DNA of 63,611 bases, filler included, from Craspedostauros australis (GCA_030167865.1; 11 parts of 11 records of this genome joined end to end with filler, not necessarily neighbours in it), one strand, 5' to 3'; positions 1 through 11,850 are shown, counted from the whole stretch's first letter. The notes: generated by a model not told the origin, from the sequence alone. Translations and numbers: made by a program.

Positions 1-2
1 CC

Positions 3-569
3 AAGTTCGAGACGGTGTCGAACTTCATCTTGACTCATGAAGGTCGCGGGGCGGACCGCGATCTCTTCTTCATGGAGCTGGGATTGTGGGATCATCATTC
101 TCAGCTGAAAACACAGCAGGCGAACGAGTTTCGAAGCCTGAACGCCGCCCTGGATACGTTCCAGAAGGAGATGAAGGCGCAGGGGATGTGGGATCAGGTT
201 ACCGTGGTGCTCACATCTGAGTTCGCTCGCACCCTCACCGCCAACTCTGGGGAAGGATCCGACCATGCGTGGGGCGGTAACTACTTCACCATGGGCGGAG
301 ATGTGAAGGGAGGNCAGATTCTTGGCAAGTACCCCGAGGACATGACCCTCGGTGGCCCGTACAACATCGGCCGAGGTCGGTTGATTCCCCACCTGAGCTA
401 CGAGTCCATGCTGAACGGTGTCGCTGAATGGATGGGCGTGGAGGGCAAGGAGGAGCTCGACTACTGCATGCCGAACCGGGAACGTGCCGGTGCTCCGTTG
501 TACGACATGGGGCAAACGCTCAAGACGTCCCGTCGCAAGCTGCGAGGTGATGGCAGTCCATCCAAATGA
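3..569 (+). CDS. DUF1501-family protein, C-terminal part (5'-truncated by window edge)
   Basis: Frame open from nt 3; motifs LGLWDHHS, VTVVLTSEFARTL..NSGEGSDHAWGG, MGGDVKG..ILGKYP match the DUF1501 pattern (GWDTH...SEFGR...GTDHGWG). Confidence 0.8.
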   Translation, partial: KFETVSNFILTHEGRGADRDLFFMELGLWDHHSQLKTQQANEFRSLNAALDTFQKEMKAQGMWDQVTVVLTSEFARTLTANSGEGSDHAWGGNYFTMGGDVKGXQILGKYPEDMTLGGPYNIGRGRLIPHLSYESMLNGVAEWMGVEGKEELDYCMPNRERAGAPLYDMGQTLKTSRRKLRGDGSPSK

Positions 570-1046
570 AGTGTTCTTCTGCCATGCCATTGGCGGATGG
601 ACATGCAGGAGTGGATGAGTGAGTGAGCGAGTGGGTGGGTGGGTGGGTGGGTGAGTGAGGTGCCAACCACCTCCAATCCATCCCATGGAAGCTTGCACTC
701 TGCAAACATTCGATCATATATATTCTATATCATACTGTATTAGTATCAAGACTGCAAATGTTGAACATTATATTATATTATATTAATGATTGTATAGCAG
801 TGGATGAGTATGAGAGTACATGCAGTGGGCATGCCGTTTGCGTCCATCACATCCTCGATCATTACGATCGGTCCCATCACCACCACCGATTCGGCACACG
901 GCACGGACTCCGACATGAATCGCGCCCAACCTGATGAGGCGCAAACGTATTCACCAACGTGTGTTGTATTGGAATGGGATAGAAGGGTTGTGGAAGTGTG
1001 GTAATACTATGAGTACATGGTTGTAGTATACCATACGACCTACCAT

Positions 1047-1133
1047 ACCAAGCAGATACGGACGTTATTACCGGTTATTTGAGCGTTAGACTGGGCACTT
1101 GCAGCTGAATCGTACGCAGCAGAGTAGAGACCA
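1047..1133 (+). repeat. 87-bp dispersed repeat, second copy at 54145-54231 in a Copia 3' region
   Basis: Ungapped manual alignment gives 77/87 identity, with an identical core GTTATTTGAGCGTTAGACTGGGCACTTGCAGCTGAATC. Confidence 0.9.
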
Positions 1134-1443
1134 CATGAGAGGTAAATAGCTCGTGCCTTGAGCTCATAATCCGTTGTTTACTTCCAATTCCATGCCTTTT
1201 CCCAGTAGGAGAGTTTGATACCTTGCCACAAGGATGTGGTGGATGATTGGGGGGTGTTGTGTTGGTGTGTGTGTGGGGAGGGCGGCATTCTGCGACAAGC
1301 GCAAAAACACCTAGTCAAAAATTATAGACAGACTTGGTACTAGTGCACCAAGTGGAACGGGATCACGTACAGTCTGGAGTGTTTCATCCGTGTATTGACC
1401 AGCTCCTCCGTTCTGCTATTCTCCTTGTTGATCAAGAACAAGC

Positions 1444-1921
1444 ATGTCTAAGGTAAGTATGTGTGTTGTTATTGCGTCGCTCGCACACGAAGCTCAAGCT
1501 GAGTTGGCTGCTTCGCATTGACCCAAACTTGTATTGTTGACAATGCTCACAGACACCCCAAGTGGGTCGCAATTCATTGCTTTCGGATGGAGGTCAGACG
1601 CTGCGCACAGAAACGTTGACACCCACGCAAAAACTCAGCATTCGAGTCGCAGGAATCAAACAACGCCAACGACAGCGCCAAACCAATGGAAGAAGATACC
1701 CATCAGACACATCAACACACCAGCACAGCCGACAAACCACACACGCACGTGCGGGAGCTACTGCCACCGTACAAATACTGCGCACACCAACGACACGGAC
1801 AGCCACGTACAGTGATAGCTCCCACAGGAGTTCGTATACGCGAGAAGGACGAGTGTGTTGGTACGATGAGGTGAGGGCCACCCAAAGGCAACAGCAATCC
1901 ATTGGCCTTTCCGAACTTTGA
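1444..1921 (+). CDS. Possible small spliced ORF of unknown function (exons 1444-1452, 1553-1921), possibly a remnant
   Basis: ATG TCT AAG|GTAAGT donor, 100-nt intron ending CTCACAG, in-frame join giving MSKTPQVGRNSLLSDGGQTLRTETL...; no recognisable domain and a low-complexity 3' half. Confidence 0.35.
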
Positions 1922-2025
1922 CACAACACAATCGCACTCACATCAGCTTCAGCATCCTCGTGCTCTGCTCTACCATAAACCTTGTCAACAACAACAGCAA
2001 CAACGTCAACAACCGAATCAGCACC

Positions 2026-2868
2026 ATGTTCCTTCTCCGCCTTTTCTTCCTCGTCTCCACGGTGGCAGCCTTCACGCTGAATCCAACCGCCATCTCGTCT
2101 TCGTCGCGTCCAACCATCCTGCGAATGTCCGATGAGGGTGAGGGTGACGACATCAAGACTGGAACCGTCAAGTGGTACGTCTTCCTTTTCTGGTTTGCTT
2201 CTGCTGCTGCTGCTGTCGTCGAGTCCAAGGCTCTCCATGTTTCTTCACAGCCGTCCATGCATGTGCCTCCAGGTTGGAGCATCCATCTCTTTTGCCAGGT
2301 GCAACGTCCCTTGCCGTGGCTTGACGCAAGCCTTGACCACGCAACCAAAACGAACATCGGTGACAACAACAGCCCATTACCCGTTCGCTGAGTGATCGAT
2401 TGCCTGGTGACGTTGACACAACACGATTTTGCGCGCAGTTTTTGTGATCGGCGTCGCAACCTTCCTCATCATTTGGCAGGAGGTTCCGTTTCGATGGATG
2501 GCATCCACTCACCACCATCTCTTCTTGTCACACCATTCTTCATTCTCCACATCATGGACAACTGCCATCATCAATCATTGGAAATGGCTCTACGCACGTT
2601 TATGCTTTTCTTTCTCTGAACGATCAACAGGTTCGACAGCGAGAAGGGATTCGGTTTCATCGTTCCAGATGATGACAGCGCTGACGTCTTCGTCCACCAG
2701 AGTGCCATCAAGGCCAGAGGATTCCGCAGCCTTGCCGAGGGAGAGTCCGTCGAGTACACAGAGATGACCGATGACAGAACGGGAAAGATGAAGGCCGGAT
2801 ACGTCACAGGCCCAGACGGCACCGACGTCCAGGGCGCCCCATACCAGCCACGCGACGAGTACGACTAA
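2026..2868 (+). CDS. Cold-shock domain protein with bipartite plastid presequence (exons 2026-2174, 2631-2868)
   Basis: Splicing GTACGT...CAACAG restores KTGTVKW|FDSEKGFGFIVPDDDSADVFVHQSAIKARGFRSLAEGESVEY (RNP1/RNP2 of CSD); N-terminus MFLLRLFFLVSTVAA-F then Ser/Arg-rich transit peptide. Confidence 0.93.
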
Positions 2869-3592
2869 GCTCTCCGCCCGTTACCTGAATGGGGCATTGC
2901 CGACGGAGGACCCGTCATTTCATTCTGCACATCCACTTTTGCACATCGCTGCGCGAGACCTTCTTGCGTGCGCGAAGGAGCCACTCCCATTTCATCCGCC
3001 ACCACGCCCACATGTCACCATCGCAGCCTTCCCGAAAGCATTGGCATCCGTCAAACTCCCTTTCTGCTGGTTGCGCATGCCGATCCATGTTCCGGCGCGC
3101 ACTACTATCCCGAGCCACAAGCCTCATCGGCGTTGGTACGTAGATCCAATCGTCGTGATTCCACCGCTCATCCCAAATGAGCACATACATGAGTCCAACA
3201 GGGCGAAACACCGAAAAAGGAAAACAAACCATTCACGAAGCAAGCACCCTATTCTGCCATAGAGTATAGTAATCCAAAAATAAAAAACTCACAACATCCG
3301 TATCCATGCGAGTCCACTGTGTTGGTTTGCCATTCATCGTGTTTGTCTGCGGCTTGTGATGGGTGTCGACCGCACAGGTTTCCACGATCGCGTAGTGACG
3401 CTCTGAACATTATCGACAAAGCGGAGCAGCGAGAACAAGACGACGACAATGGGCTGAGCATTTCAATTCCATTGCGACCTCTTCCAAGGCGACATGAACT
3501 TTCTACTTGGTACTTACTCGTACAGTACTCGTACATTGGATTTCAATCTTCAGCTGAGAACAACTTGGCTCTCTCATTTTCTACCTCTGTCT

Positions 3593-5253
3593 CTAGTCCA
3601 TGTTCTGGCAACGGTACAGCCCATTTTCGCCCCTTGAGAATCCAACCGGCAGCTTGTCATATCGAATGAGGCTTTGCAATGGCTCCAAATCGCTGGTGCT
3701 GCCGTCCACCGTGTCTACCTTGTGACCCAACTGTTTCACCCGCGCCAGGCTGGCCTGCTGAATGGATACGTTCAGCGTCTTGTACAGCACCGAATTCTGC
3801 CACGTCTCCTGCGCGCAAAACTCTTCCACAGGCATCCATTGAATATCCGCAATCTCATCTTCCTGCGGTACGAGCTGGTTGGCATGTTCCGGATCCGACA
3901 GCGACAGCTGCACGACGAAGAACAGATCGGAGCTCGACGACGGCCGGTGCGCCTGTCGGAAGCACAGGATGCCATCGAGCTGCGCGTCGAGGCCCGTCTC
4001 CTCCTTCAGCTCGCGTACGGCGGCCTCGGGCACGTCCTCACCGGGATCCAGCAATCCCGTAGGCATCTTCCACAGCTTCCTCGCGGCGGCGGGACCGGAT
4101 TGCTCCTGCACGACGAGACACAGGGTGGGGTCGGTGGGGTGCAGCACGACGCAGCCCACGCCCACTTGGTGGGTCGGGCCAAACGGGAGCTTCGATTTGG
4201 TCTTTGTTGGCAACCATTGGCTCAAGACGAGGTTGGAATCTTTCACGAAGTGGAACTCAAATCCAAGTTCCATGCAGGCCTGTTGTTTGTTTGTGTGTTG
4301 TGCGTGCGTGTGTGAGAGAGACCATGGCGCAGCAAATGTTAGAGAAAATCAAGCAATGACAGCAATGAGTGAAACTCTATTCGCATGCCATTCATACGTT
4401 CGTACGGGAGCAACCACAGATTGATACTGCGTCGCAACATGCCAGGTCCAGCCGCATCTCGAGCGCTTCTTGTGATCGTCACCATCAAGAGAAGTCACGT
4501 TACATTACGCTACGGCAAACAACATATCAATGACGTCGCACCACCGAACTGAGCCGAACTCACAGCAACAAGGTGCGACATGGTCTTCGGAACATGAATC
4601 CAAATTCCCTTGCGACCTTCGGTCCTCCAAAGTTGTAGCGCTGTTTCCAAATCTCTGCGAAAGTGCTCCTGCTGCATTTCTGCGTTGGATTCCGTCTCGG
4701 ACTTGGCGAAGTGATGTTCTAGCAGCTTCTCCAGATGCATCGTGATCCCATTGTAATGATCGTACTCCAAGCAATCGTCGGAGAATGGTGCTGCCTCGAT
4801 GACACCATCTTCGTTGGTTTGTCGAATCTGCTCTGGATGGAAGAAGGTGCGGTCCTCTTGTGAGGAAGCCGACTCCGCGTCTTCCACATTGGCACACAGT
4901 GTGACCGTTGAAAATGACGACGACGACGACGACGACGTGACCAATCCGGCCATCCCAGATGAAATCAGCAAGAACAAGGATGCGGAAGATCGTCGGGGTC
5001 GCGCCCCGTTCTGGTTGCGACCCCAAACGTGCCCGACCCTCGATGTGAACTGACGAGTTGGCGATGTCGTTGATCCAATGTGTCGACTGCATCGCTTGGT
5101 ACCGTCATTTTTTGGGAACGCGTCGCCAGCGAAAATGGGTGCTGTGTTACTGGTGGAACGGAAGCACCGCCGTTGATGCCGATGAACATGGTGCTGGTGC
5201 TTCGTGAAGCCGGTGACAATCGTGCACAGTGCCGACATGAGGAGCAATCTCAT
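3593..5253 (-). CDS. Nudix hydrolase, NUDT6/AtNUDX-FGFTNE-like, with probable plastid presequence (exons 5253-4564, 4279-3593)
   Basis: Nudix box GLLDPGEDVPEAAVRELKEETGL; splice GTGAGT...CAACAG joins KGIWIHVPKTMSHLVA|ACMELGFEFH (pre-Nudix domain); N-terminus MRLLLMSALCTIVTG-F. Confidence 0.9.
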
Positions 5254-6252
5254 CAGGTGGGACAGAAGTGCGGCCGGATGGTGAGGTCTGGAGCTCCAAT
5301 GGACTTCTGTCAGCCTTGACTCTCGGAAACGGTCGATTTCTGCGAAAAACTTCTCCAAGGCAGATTTCACGTGTCGGCAGAGATGAGGAGAGCAGATTTG
5401 GTTCCAGGACAAGCACTTGTACTCGTATTGGATCAATAGTATGGATGCGTATCGTACCAATGTGGTGCACGTTGCCGATGATGTGTGTTGTGTCTCTTTG
5501 TCTTTGAGCATGTGCGTTCCCCGAATCCTCGTGCGATGTTCACCGCATTGTTTGATGGGTCGGCATCGCTTGTTCTGACGAACGTGATTGTTCCTTGGGA
5601 GCCAACATCGATTCGGACTTTTCGAAGACATTAGAATCATCCGACTGAAACAACACCAACAATGAGGAGGAAGGTAGACCAGATCCGAAAAGAGAGGGCA
5701 CACGAATTGGGGTGTAGTAAGTGTACTACGTATTATTATATTCTATAATATTATATATTTATATTTTATAGTACTCGACTTCGCTGAATGGGGTCCAATT
5801 ACGTGGAGGTCGGACTCCTGTGGAGTTTTCGGACGTCATGACAACGTCACCTCATGTTCTCACGCTTTGCATCGCACGAATCATGATAGCACAATCATCA
5901 AGGCTAGAGGGAGAGAGAGAGCGAGGGAGAGACTATCATCTAACATGATTGTGTCATAGCTCGTGCGAGTATGTACAAGCCCTCCACAGCGATCACTGCA
6001 ACATTGGCAGCAGCAGCAGCGCTGAGGCCGAAGATGCGCAGGGATTGCTCATATAATATGTAAATAGATGGTGTACTGGCCATTTGGATTGTCTGAACGA
6101 ATTCAAGCATCGTCTTGTCCAGTTGAATCCAATCCTGGTCTGTCTGGTCCGCTCCGATCTTGTAACCGTCACTTTTGTTTGAACCCGTCTCCCCGCATCC
6201 TTCCGACCCGCCGCATCCACTCCCACTGCATGCGACGTCACGCGAGAGTAGT

Positions 6253-8397
6253 CTACACCTCCTGACAGTCCAAACCGCCAAGGCAACAGTGTGTGCAGCA
6301 GCTGCAGGGTACTTGGTCGTCGCGACAGTCCGATCGGAACAGCGACAACGTCGCACACCCGCTGCAGATGATATCGATCTCCGTCAGCTGCGTGTTCTCC
6401 ACCGCGAGCTGGTTGAGGGAGCCGAGCAATTGTATCTGCGTCGGCAGCGGACCGAAAAGACCCTCGTTCCAATCGAGGTTGACCGTTCGTAACGCCGTCA
6501 GTTCTCCAATCTCGCTGGGGACGGTGCCCGACAGCGAGTTGTGGCCGAGTTGCAGCTGTTGCAAGAATGTCAACTTGCCCAACTCGGATGGAATTCCCCC
6601 TTTGATCAGGTTGGTTCCCACGAGCAGGTCCTGTAACAGTGTGGCGGATCCCAATTCCGATGGCAACGTCCCATCCAGGTTGTTCTTCGTCAATCGGATG
6701 GTGAGCAGTCGTTGATCACCAGGAACGCATTCCATAGGAGGGTCGAGAGCTCCTGGCAGGGGGTCGACGCCCCATTGACAGATCGACTTGAACGCATTGA
6801 GGAACCCGTGCTGATCAAACCATGCCTCTCCCTGCGTGGCGTAATACAGAAGCACGAGGATGTACCGCTCCTTGAGGAGCTCGTCGCTGTAGATGGATGA
6901 GAACCACTTGTCGGTGTGGATGAGCCATTCGAGGGCCTTCTTCTGCGGTGTGTCCAAGGTGAAGAGGGAAGGGTCGGACACCGTTCCCAGAACTTCCTTG
7001 ATTCGGTTGTGCAACGCGATGTCGAGGATCGATGTGGGACCCAACGATGCAAGTCGTGTGGGCACCTGCGTGGGCATCATCGATGCCAATGTGGGGAGTT
7101 GCGTTGGTTGACGCGTATCGGCTGCGATCGGGAGTTGGGAGGGTTTATCAGTTCCTGGTATCAGAGGTGAATTCGCGCTGCTGCCACCATCACCACCTCC
7201 CACGACCGCAAAGACGACGCCCGCCACACCACCGATCACCACGACGAGACAGATCGCTGCGATGGCGATCAAACTGCTCTTGTCGGACTTGTCATCATCT
7301 TCACCGTCGTGCTTGACACGAGCAACGCCCGCCACCACCGCGTCGTCCATAATCGACTGTCGGGCTTCTTCGAGTCGGTTCTCGTCCGCAGGTTCTGGCT
7401 CGGGTGGTTCTTCTTCGTCTTCCACAAGCACCGCAGTGATGGCTCTGTTCATGAAGCTTGGTACGTTCTGACTTCCACCGCCGGCAGGAAACGCAGCCGA
7501 CGTGGCATTGCCCAGCTCCGACTGGTGGGGGATGTTGCTGTCGGCACGTTCCATGAAGGCCCCGTCGTCCAGCTGGTGCACGCGGATGGCTCCTGGACGA
7601 ATGGTCGCGTCGTCACTGTGCTGTCCTGATCGATTATCAGCAGCTGCAGCAGCTTCCTGGCCCGTGACCGTGAGCAGCGGATCGGTGTACGAATTTGTTC
7701 GCACCAAGCTATTGTCCTGCGCGCTGCCGTTGTATTGCGTGGTCTGCGCTGTGCTCATCGTCACAACGGTCTGATCTCCCATCATGTCACCGAGCGCCGC
7801 AAATCGTTTCGCGGCCGCAACGGATTCGTCTTTGTCGCTGGTCGTCGAACTTCGCATCTTGCGGTCGTCTGCAGCAGGTGGCTCCTTTGCTTCTTTCTTC
7901 TGCGATACTGGCTTCGCTGCTGGCGACGGTGCCTCGCGATCCATCTTTGCTTTCTCATTCTGCACGGCCGCCACGAGATGCGAGCCGCTGGTGGCCGATG
8001 TCGCGTACCGTGAGAGGTTGGTGCGCGATGTGGATGTGTCCTTGTTCGTGGCTTGAAGCCCATTGGCGACGTCTCTGTCTGCCTCGCTGCGATTGGTGAC
8101 CTCCTTCTCGGTTGTTGGGATTGCACGTCCATCCGACTTGATAGGATCGTCATTCGCCACATTGTCATGGCTGCGATCGTCTCCAGCGGCTGCTGTGGTG
8201 CTGTTGCCGTTGGTGTCAGCATCATCGTTCACGTTGGCCCTAACATTCGCAGAACAAGTATCGTTCACGCGATCTTCGTCACCACCATCGTCACGGTCTT
8301 TGCCGTTCTGCGTGTGCTGTCTTGACATGGCGCTGCTGTTGCAATTGGAATCGCTCGGTGGATGATTGCTTTTGTGATCATGCGAGGACAATTGCAA
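6253..8397 (-). CDS. Single-pass (type II) membrane leucine-rich-repeat protein
   Basis: 714-aa ORF: disordered N-terminus, TM (LIAIAAICLVVVIGGVAGVVFAVV), PT stalk, PQKKALEWL/ERYILVLLYYAT cap, LRRs LxGxLPSELGxLT, Cys-rich end VPCSCCTHCC. The start could be the downstream Met at 8328. Confidence 0.88.
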   Translation of the reverse strand: MQLSSHDHKSNHPPSDSNCNSSAMSRQHTQNGKDRDDGGDEDRVNDTCSANVRANVNDDADTNGNSTTAAAGDDRSHDNVANDDPIKSDGRAIPTTEKEVTNRSEADRDVANGLQATNKDTSTSRTNLSRYATSATSGSHLVAAVQNEKAKMDREAPSPAAKPVSQKKEAKEPPAADDRKMRSSTTSDKDESVAAAKRFAALGDMMGDQTVVTMSTAQTTQYNGSAQDNSLVRTNSYTDPLLTVTGQEAAAAADNRSGQHSDDATIRPGAIRVHQLDDGAFMERADSNIPHQSELGNATSAAFPAGGGSQNVPSFMNRAITAVLVEDEEEPPEPEPADENRLEEARQSIMDDAVVAGVARVKHDGEDDDKSDKSSLIAIAAICLVVVIGGVAGVVFAVVGGGDGGSSANSPLIPGTDKPSQLPIAADTRQPTQLPTLASMMPTQVPTRLASLGPTSILDIALHNRIKEVLGTVSDPSLFTLDTPQKKALEWLIHTDKWFSSIYSDELLKERYILVLLYYATQGEAWFDQHGFLNAFKSICQWGVDPLPGALDPPMECVPGDQRLLTIRLTKNNLDGTLPSELGSATLLQDLLVGTNLIKGGIPSELGKLTFLQQLQLGHNSLSGTVPSEIGELTALRTVNLDWNEGLFGPLPTQIQLLGSLNQLAVENTQLTEIDIICSGCATLSLFRSDCRDDQVPCSCCTHCCLGGLDCQEV

Positions 8398-9081
8398 ATG
8401 GAAGTGCTGGTCATGCCATGATGCGTCCGCAGCAATGGTGCATCGGTTGGCGACTTGTGTGGATGTGTGTTGTTGAGTTCGGTTGTTGCGGAAGGAGGGT
8501 TGCGATTCCGAGAGTGTTTTGTGCGCTTTTCACCAGTCATGTGCGAAAACTGCACAAATCCACGATGCAGACGAAAGTTGAAGTTGGAGCACGGAGTCTA
8601 TCATCACGAACCAAGACTCTTGCTCGGTCTCGAGCGCCTCGAGGATTGCGCACATTGCTGTCTGGAGATACACGCAGATCTCAGGTGAATAGTCGTACTG
8701 CAATGCACCACAGTTCTATTCGTGCCGCTGTCTACGAGTATGAGAAGAGAACGAGAGAATAGGTGCAGAGCCTCCCTTCCCTGGCCCTGCTTGAATGAAT
8801 CGAATCATCGCACAATGAGGGTCTGCTGTCAAGATGGAGCATACACAGTGGATCATAACGCTTCCTCTCTCTAGATCTTTCTGCGATACATGATGGTGTG
8901 GTGTGCGTTTGGAAGAGTCAACCGTAGGCAGAACGAAAGGGAAATGGCGGGATGTGTGAGCGAGTGTTAGCTTAGACGGCACGTATAGAATGCACTCCCA
9001 TGCCTCTTGCCGCGTTACCTGCGACACGTTCATGATCTGCCACCCCGACTAAGTGCATTGCGCGTAACAACGTCACGGTAC

Positions 9082-10353
9082 CTACTTCCCGGTCCACTCC
9101 CTCCACAACTGCGACAAGAATGCTTTGCGGATTTGTCCCAAGTCATTCTCGTTGTATCCTGCCAAAATGCGGCGCGTCATTTCCACAATCACGCCTTGCA
9201 CCAGAGAGTGGTAGCTGTTGAACTGCATCAGACAGCGATTGAGGTTGTTACAGACGCGTTGGAAGACGGCGACGTCCGATAGAGGCTGCAAGTATTGCTC
9301 TTGGAATGCAAGGTTGTAGCGATGCACAATATCGCGAATATCGCTCATTTGCAGTATGCGCACGTTGAGATCGAAGACGTCGACGTACGTGTCGACATCG
9401 ACGACGCGGATGATGATGTGACCCGGAAGGCCGATAATCTCGACGTCCAGGCCAACGCGCGCGCCGAGACATTTGTACAGAATGGCCAGGGACATGGGGA
9501 TGCCACATCGCGTTTCCAACACCTTTCCCAACATGGAGTTCTTGACGTTGTAGTAATCCTCCACGTTGCCGTTGAACGTCTCGCGGAACAACTTTTGCAA
9601 TCCTTCGAACTTGGACTGTTTCGACATGCTGTCATCCGGGTAGATGCGTTTGGCGAGGGATTCCATCATCTGGCGATGATATAGCCACTGATTGAAGATG
9701 TTGGTGGCCGTGCCGAGATCCTCACACAACGCCGCCGTCACTGCGAATGAAAAATTCTCCAGCCAACGACCGTGGGACCGCGGCATGCGCCATGCCAGCT
9801 CGCATCCTGCTGCGCACCGAAATGTGAACAGGGCCATGAGACGTTTGCGCTGATCCAGGTCATCGCCGATGTTTGTGTCTTGACACCGTTGAATCTCCCG
9901 CACGATGACATCCAAGATCTCGTGCTTGCGATCCCACATACCCTGGTCGATGTCCCTTCCCGGCGATGTGATGAGGTCGCGCAGTTGCTGCGTTGATCGT
10001 TGATCCTTCTCATAGCGCAGCCGAAAGTCTTGTTTGGTGTACTGCGTGGCGCAGCGGCGCATGTCCTCGCTAATGGACGGCTGCTGCGACAAGCACCCAT
10101 TGATCTGGAAGGAATTGTACGACCATTGTTGTCGGTAGTGCTCATCCCAGATCACATGAATCGGTTCGCTGCTAACTCCATTGTTGTTGTTGTTGTTGTT
10201 GTTGTTGTCATTGTCGGATGCCGACAGCGAAGATCGCAGTGCCGCACAAGTGCATTCGAGACGGCACAGATCACGAAAATCGTCGATGAATTCGAAAATG
10301 ACATGATGCACCTGCGCTGGAAGATCCTGCAGGTTTGCGTTGGATGTCGCCAT
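9082..10353 (-). CDS. F-box protein with SirB1/Transglut_core2-like domain (FBXO21-like)
   Basis: N-terminal F-box LQDLPAQVHHVIFEFIDDFRDLCRLECTC; FNGNVEDYYNVKNSML..VLETRCGIPMSLAILY...IGLPGH; C-terminal VFQRVCNNL. Confidence 0.85.
   Translation of the reverse strand: MATSNANLQDLPAQVHHVIFEFIDDFRDLCRLECTCAALRSSLSASDNDNNNNNNNNNGVSSEPIHVIWDEHYRQQWSYNSFQINGCLSQQPSISEDMRRCATQYTKQDFRLRYEKDQRSTQQLRDLITSPGRDIDQGMWDRKHEILDVIVREIQRCQDTNIGDDLDQRKRLMALFTFRCAAGCELAWRMPRSHGRWLENFSFAVTAALCEDLGTATNIFNQWLYHRQMMESLAKRIYPDDSMSKQSKFEGLQKLFRETFNGNVEDYYNVKNSMLGKVLETRCGIPMSLAILYKCLGARVGLDVEIIGLPGHIIIRVVDVDTYVDVFDLNVRILQMSDIRDIVHRYNLAFQEQYLQPLSDVAVFQRVCNNLNRCLMQFNSYHSLVQGVIVEMTRRILAGYNENDLGQIRKAFLSQLWREWTGK
10181..10208. 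repeat. (TTG)n microsatellite encoding poly-Asn in the F-box gene
   Basis: Directly visible; translates as an Asn run on the minus strand. Confidence 0.9.
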
Positions 10354-11345
10354 CTTGATTGTCTGCTGGTGCCGTTCGAAATCAGGGGTGGTCTGGATGT
10401 TTGTGAGATGTTGGTTCCAGTGCGAGTATTGGTTGAGTCAGGGTGATGCTGGTGATCTCTCGAGAGAGTCTGTGCTATGATTAGTTGGGTCTTCCTCTCT
10501 CCGGATTGGATTTGTGATGACACGAGATCGAACCACGAACAGCAACGATCTTCCATGTTCGTGTCGTGGATGTGGCGGCAAATTCTCTTCCTCTTGCCAC
10601 CAACACCGTTTCTCGAGAAGGATGGAGTCGTGGGAGTCGACAGTAGCCTTGGCGCGTGACCAGGGGCAGCCTCTGCTTGCTTGTTGTAGATCCTGTTGTA
10701 GGTGCGTTGGCGTTTCTCGCGCGGATAGATGTATGTATGTAGGGATAGATGCATACATGGATAGATGTACAGATAGATGGATGGATAGATGGATGGATGG
10801 ACGGAGAGGTCACTTCTACATCACACGACATGTTTCATCCAGACGCATTCATCCATTCACTCACCCATCCACGCACTTTCGACATGAATCAATTGCCATT
10901 ACCATTGCCGTGATCGATCCTGCATGGATACTTACCACACACAATATGTGCCTTTCGGGGATCCCTACGAAACCATTGCCATCTTGCGCACATCCCGCAG
11001 CCATTTGAGGATTGTTGCAGAGCCTTCCGGAGCATCAATCAATGCTTGGGACGTGTCACGACGTGGCGTAGAGAATTGGCACCAAGACAGTATCCTTGAC
11101 TCAATTAGTGACTGAGATAGTGAAGACACAAGCGAAGCTAGAGTTCACATCATCGTCACAGAGTGCTCTGCTTTGCCAGCACACAATAGAAGAATGGCTG
11201 TAGAGTACGAGATAGAGCATGCTAGTACGTGTGGCTGTGTATGCGATGATTGAACGACTTTGCAGGCAGGTTGGAATTGCCCAGGGCAATCCGTGGCTGC
11301 GTTGTCAATTACGTACGTTTCTCTGCCTAACGCATACAATGGCCC

Positions 11346-11850
11346 TTAGGCGCAGGGGTTGCAGGTGGCGTCTGTCGTGCAGACTCCTGTTCTGATGATG
11401 ATGTCATTGGTTGCACTGTCGCTGTTGCCAAGAGTTAGGCACGTGTTCGCGCCCGAGCAGGCACCGTCTTCGATGATCACGCTTCCTGAAAATTTAGTCG
11501 ATGACACATGAGGCAAGGAAGAACAAGCGAGACTCCCTTGGCACGCATTCTTTCCAACCAAGACGCTTGCCATGACTGGTGTGGTGATTGTAGACCCTTG
11601 GTTGCTGTGGGGCGCAATAGCACTGCATGCAGTTGTTGTATCGTATGCTCCTTCTTCAACTCGTATGTTGCCAAAGATATTGGTTCCAAGAGCAGTGCAA
11701 CCATCCTCCCCAAGGCAAGCTCTTGGTCCGATCACCCTGAATCCGACTTTGGTACCAGGAGCTGGCTGATCTGGAAAGAAATTTCCCATCCGAAAGCAGG
11801 CACTTGTGTCCTGGCAACTGTCAAGTATGATTGCGTTGGGACATGTTTGT
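11346..11850 (-). pseudogene. Cys-rich extracellular-type protein fragment with no convincing start
   Basis: Repeating S/AC-x-G/D-xx-A/GC units (SCQDTSAC, ACLGEDGC, ACQGSLAC, ACSGANTC) extend upstream of the ORF-track Met; a signal-like stretch KLVLLLLSYGLITL near 11900-11940 has no ATG and is out of frame. Confidence 0.45.

Noticed and set aside
1111..1116. CGTACG versus CATATG as compensatory base changes between the repeat copies
   Set aside because: Both changes are CpG transitions, equally explained by methylation-driven decay.
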